This document shows positions 60,428 through 64,000 of a DNA stretch of 64,000 nt, piece after piece. Location: NCBI GenBank assembly GCA_963675525.2, contig CAXXSL010000008.1, positions 209,819 to 273,818 of the forward strand. The letters are read 5' to 3'. The DNA comes from Anaerohalosphaeraceae bacterium. Its GTDB lineage: Bacteria; Planctomycetota; Phycisphaerae; Sedimentisphaerales; Anaerohalosphaeraceae. The notes under the pieces were generated by a model. The model saw only the letters and a list, made by a program, of their open reading frames with translations, was not told the DNA's origin and did not search any database. The translations under genes and the position numbers were made by a program. Each line of letters opens with the position of its first letter. The first letter of the stretch is position 1.

Positions 60428-61876
60428 ATGAAAAGCAATCAAGGATGTGTCAGAGAAGAACGAGTTTATGAGGAGCGCATCAAAGTTTCAGAAATGACGG
60501 TTGTGATTCAGAACGATGGTCAAGAATCCAAATCTGCGAAAAATAGAAGCCCTATTCCTATTGTTGATATTACTCCATATAGCGCATTGTTGCATGGTAA
60601 GCATCCAACACAAGAAAATGTGGTCGTTAAAATTCTACGTTCAAATGAACCTGTTTCAGGAAACCGACGGGCGTATTGCGAAGGTCAATCCAGAAAAGGA
60701 GCGGATGAAAGCGACTATACTCCTTTGATATTTGACCCCCCTTTAAATGCATGCGACTTGAAGAATATGGGTTTGCCTATTTCAGCAACCAAGGAGAATA
60801 ATCCTGGATTATGGAATCTATTGCAGCAGGATATTAAAGATATCGGAAGAGAAATACAAGCTATTGAACGGTGTCGAAGTGATATATTTTTGGCAATTAT
60901 TACTTCTGCTTTTCTGGTAGCGGTTACAATCGGCTGCCTTGCTATCAGAGAAGTCATTCATCTAAAAGCCCTTTGTTTGGGAGGAGTATTTACGTTTGCG
61001 ATGTTTCTTCTCGGAGCATACGCTACAATCGAGAAGGCTAAAGTACTCAACATGCGAAGAGCGCTTTATGCCATTCTCTGTGATTATATTAAACAAAACT
61101 GGCTGCCTGTCACTTATCAAGGATGGAGCAAAATGAAGAATACATTTTTGAACTGTGGAATTCGTCGGAAATTAGAGATCTGCTCAAGAAATATACCAGA
61201 CAAATACGAACAAAGAAAACGTGAAAAAGAAAGAAAAGAAAAGAAAAATAAAATGAATGAGCCTGATGAGCATTCTGAATCTTGTTTGTATTTAGGCGAA
61301 TGGCAGGCGAAACCAATTAACGAGGCTAAAAGGTTTATGCCTGGCGCGACGGACTCCTTTATGTCAATATGCTCATATATATATACAGCACTATATATCT
61401 TCACAATCATCACTACCGGAACGATTACATACCAATTTCTAAACGGCGCCCATGAATTTACTACCACAGGTTGGAATATTTTTTGGTGGTTATTATCTTA
61501 CGCAGGAGGATTATTATTAAGCCTTGTGGGTTTGTTCAGGTATCGAAAACTTGTTGCTATCATATTCGGTACGATTTTAATTTTTACCATTATAGGATAT
61601 ATGTCTCTTGATGTTAGCATTAAGGCATATGGAATCATCGGTTCCTGCCTGCATGGTTTTGCAGGTTTCTTCATAGGTGCCATCGGGTCATTCTTGCTTC
61701 ATAATTTGTATGCATTGCGTCAAGGAAAAGATTCTTACGAAACATATTATTTCGCCTGGAAAAAAGCAATTGAATATTGTACCTGTATTTGTGAGGGTAA
61801 GCTGAAATATAAACACCCAAAAACCACCAAATTTCAAAGTATCATTAATAGTTTCATTAATAAGATTGCACGATAA
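60428..61876 (+). CDS. AT-rich orphan multi-TM membrane protein (482 aa)
   Basis: Long ORF with SD AGGAG, about 6 hydrophobic segments, Cys-rich; no family recognised. Confidence 0.75.
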   Translation: MKSNQGCVREERVYEERIKVSEMTVVIQNDGQESKSAKNRSPIPIVDITPYSALLHGKHPTQENVVVKILRSNEPVSGNRRAYCEGQSRKGADESDYTPLIFDPPLNACDLKNMGLPISATKENNPGLWNLLQQDIKDIGREIQAIERCRSDIFLAIITSAFLVAVTIGCLAIREVIHLKALCLGGVFTFAMFLLGAYATIEKAKVLNMRRALYAILCDYIKQNWLPVTYQGWSKMKNTFLNCGIRRKLEICSRNIPDKYEQRKREKERKEKKNKMNEPDEHSESCLYLGEWQAKPINEAKRFMPGATDSFMSICSYIYTALYIFTIITTGTITYQFLNGAHEFTTTGWNIFWWLLSYAGGLLLSLVGLFRYRKLVAIIFGTILIFTIIGYMSLDVSIKAYGIIGSCLHGFAGFFIGAIGSFLLHNLYALRQGKDSYETYYFAWKKAIEYCTCICEGKLKYKHPKTTKFQSIINSFINKIAR

Positions 61877-61920
61877 CAATATTAATCATAAATTGAATAG
61901 TTTCGGCATTGCTCAGGACT

Positions 61921-61968
61921 AAGATAAATTAAGGGGTCAAGATAAATTAAGGGGTCAGACACCTTTTT
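61921..61968. repeat. 18-bp tandem duplication ending in a REP-like palindrome
   Basis: (AAGATAAATTAAGGGGTC)x2 followed by AGACACCTTTTT. Confidence 0.75.
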
Positions 61969-62023
61969 GTCCTCTTCTTTCCAATTTCTTCAAAACTAAA
62001 ATCCTTCCATTTTATTTCAGCCC

Positions 62024-62136
62024 TCAGATGCCGGAACAAAGAACGATTTCCTCTTCCAATCTAATTCAAAATTATAAATTCAGGTCCGTTGGACCTGTGC
62101 CCTCTAACCCTGTTTTGTGTGACGATCACTTTTGTG
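62024..62136 (-). repeat. Right copy of the 113-bp inverted repeat / structured element
   Basis: Reverse complement begins CACAAAAGTGATCGTCACACAAAACAGGGTTAGAGGGCACAGGTCCAACGGACCTG. Confidence 0.9.
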
Positions 62137-62242
62137 CCCCTAAATTATATCGGGCATATCCTGTATTGAAAAGGCCTAACCCGAAAAAAGCTAAAAAACC
62201 TGATTATTAAAACTTCAAAACCTGTTTTTCTAAAAGCTTTGA

Positions 62243-62271
62243 TTGACTTTGAACACAATATACCATATCAT
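62243..62271 (+). promoter_or_regulatory. Sigma-70 promoter of cysH
   Basis: TTGACT, 17-bp spacer, TATCAT. Confidence 0.6.
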
Positions 62272-62328
62272 AGTATTCCTATAGGACTATAAGGTTTTTT
62301 GTTGTTTTTTAAATGAAATACATAACAC

Positions 62329-63057
62329 ATGGACCGACAAGAGTTTATAAACAAAGCCCGGACGCTGGACGGACTGGAATTGATCCGTTTTGCCTTTGAA
62401 ACTTACGGCAAGCGTGCCGCCATCGGTACATCCCTGCAGAAGACCGGCAGCGTGATGATCGATATGGCTTCCAAAACCGGCGCCGACTTTTCGGTGTTCT
62501 TCGTCGATACGCTTTTGAACTATGACGAGACGCTGGAACTTTATCAGCGGACACAGGACCATTACCACATCCAGATCGAACGATTGACGCCGGATGAGCA
62601 GGACATCGAAAACCTGTACCAGCAATACGGGCAGTTTCCGTTCTATTCGTTCATGGGCCGGGCCAAGTGCTGCGAGATCCGCAAACGGCTGCCGCTGCTG
62701 AAAAAGCTCAAGGACCTGGACGTCTGGATCAGCGGGCTGCGATGGGACCAGTCGGATCACCGCGAGCAGAATTCACAAAAGGTCGCCGTCGTCAAGATGG
62801 GCGGCTGCGAAGTGGTCAAGATCAACCCCCTGTTCGACTGGGACCTCGAACGCATCGATGCCTATATCAAAGACAACTCCGTGCCGTACAACAAACTGTA
62901 CGACTATGTCTCACCGTACGGCGAGCGGTTTCAGCAGATCGGCTGCAAGCCCTGCCATATCCCCGTCAAGGACGATGCCGAAAAACGAGCGGGCAAGTAT
63001 CCGTGGGAACAATCGCACAAAGAGTGCGGTCTGCACATCGACGGCGGCGGCATCTAA
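62329..63057 (+). CDS. cysH: APS/PAPS reductase, Fe-S (APS-type) motifs
   Basis: CCEIRK, WISGLR, KINPL, IGCKPC, KECGLH. Confidence 0.92.
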   Translation: MDRQEFINKARTLDGLELIRFAFETYGKRAAIGTSLQKTGSVMIDMASKTGADFSVFFVDTLLNYDETLELYQRTQDHYHIQIERLTPDEQDIENLYQQYGQFPFYSFMGRAKCCEIRKRLPLLKKLKDLDVWISGLRWDQSDHREQNSQKVAVVKMGGCEVVKINPLFDWDLERIDAYIKDNSVPYNKLYDYVSPYGERFQQIGCKPCHIPVKDDAEKRAGKYPWEQSHKECGLHIDGGGI

Positions 63058-63068
63058 CCGGTATGTAA

Positions 63069-64000
63069 TTAACACGGTTTATCGCATCGGTCGGTCTTTC
63101 TCATCGTGATCGCATCGACCGGACAGATGCCGTAACAATTGCCGCAGCGAATGCAGTTATCGCTTTCGATCCAGATATACGTCGCTTCCTCCGGTCTTGA
63201 CACATCGGCTTTCTCATAACTCGCCGCATTCGTCTGCGGGTCATAGACAAGCGTCTTAAGCCGATGGATGCACTCACGCGGCGCCACACGAATACACCAG
63301 TCACAGTGAATGCATTTATCCTGGTCGATCTCGAACTTGTAGTTGCAGAAATAGCATCGCTTGGCATGGCGTTCCGCCTCGTCCACAGTAAAACCAAGTT
63401 CGACTTCCTCAATCCGGTCCCGAAGTTCCGTCGGCAGCACAGACATCGAAACCGGTTCCAGCAGATCATAATCACGGATCCGCCCGGTGTCCTCGGCTTC
63501 GTCGATCCGGATCACCGGTTTTCGGCGAACCTGCCCGGTCAAATAATGATCGATCTGCGCGGCCGCTTCTTTGCCGTCGGCCACCGCATGGATAACATCC
63601 CCGTTGCCCATCGCAAAATCACCGGCAACAAAAAGTCCCTTTTGCGTGGTTTGATGTGCATCGGCCATTTCAATCGCTTCCGGCAGAATCGTTTTATCCG
63701 GCGTTTGCCCGATCGCCAGGATCAGCATCTGACAGGCCAGCGTAAATTCACTGCCTTCGATTTTCGTAAAAGCCGGTTTCCCCGAGGCATCCGGCTCCCC
63801 CAGACGATTTCGCACAAACGTCACCGCTTTCAGTTCACCATTCTGCATGTGTGCACTGACCGGTGTCACCAGCGTTTGAATTGAAATGCGCTCATTCTCC
63901 ATTTGCTCAAATTCTTCTTCCGTCGCCGCCATTTGCGCCTCGCCGCGGCGATACATGATCGAAACGGACGCATCCGGCGCCAGCCGCCGGGCCGAACGGG
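63069..64000 (-). CDS. GltD-like FAD/NAD(P)H oxidoreductase with C-terminal 2[4Fe-4S] ferredoxin, 5' part outside window
   Basis: MYRR, LAIGQ, FVAGD, RCYFC, CIHCDWC, CIRCGNCYGICP. Confidence 0.8.
   Translation of the reverse strand, partial: RSARRLAPDASVSIMYRRGEAQMAATEEEFEQMENERISIQTLVTPVSAHMQNGELKAVTFVRNRLGEPDASGKPAFTKIEGSEFTLACQMLILAIGQTPDKTILPEAIEMADAHQTTQKGLFVAGDFAMGNGDVIHAVADGKEAAAQIDHYLTGQVRRKPVIRIDEAEDTGRIRDYDLLEPVSMSVLPTELRDRIEEVELGFTVDEAERHAKRCYFCNYKFEIDQDKCIHCDWCIRVAPRECIHRLKTLVYDPQTNAASYEKADVSRPEEATYIWIESDNCIRCGNCYGICPVDAITMRKTDRCDKPC

Noticed and set aside
61870..61906. attC-like hairpin after the orphan gene (GATAAC...GTTTCG)
   Set aside because: Too short (<40 bp), no proper GTTRRRY partner and no integrase in the window.
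61921..61956. CRISPR array
   Set aside because: Two adjacent 18-bp copies without a spacer; no cas genes or repeat-spacer arrays seen anywhere in the window.

Overview
Bacterial chromosomal window. Gene content and protein style suggest an anaerobic Planctomycete of the Phycisphaerae/Sedimentisphaerales type (inference). Housekeeping genes include ffs-dnaX-recR-rpoN, proC, a polA split by one extra base, xth, tex and aroA. Metabolic blocks are a Tat-exported TIM-barrel/DUF1080/Gfo-Idh-MocA sugar cluster, the [FeFe]-hydrogenase maturases hydG-hydF-hydE, an Rrf2-cysK-cysE-nadA-metY-nifU-nifS operon, and cysH. A ~3,980-aa secreted protease/beta-helix/poly-Gly protein lies upstream of a GldA/F/G-DUF4340 ABC system. 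The accessory region at 58.1-62.2 kb is the most unusual part. It holds (i) a diverged second copy of the aroA 3' end; (ii) an IS110-family (IS1111-type) element inserted in a REP-like palindrome, whose 3' non-coding end has two paralogous hairpin modules matching its own donor junction and target site (predicted bridge/seek RNA); and (iii) two near-identical ~113-bp structured elements, each just downstream of a TATAAT box, facing inward around an AT-rich orphan membrane gene. Two unannotated candidate sRNAs (10.8 kb, 11.8 kb) and a dnaX A9G slippery site were also seen. All calls come from reading the sequence by eye; no searches or folding programs were run.
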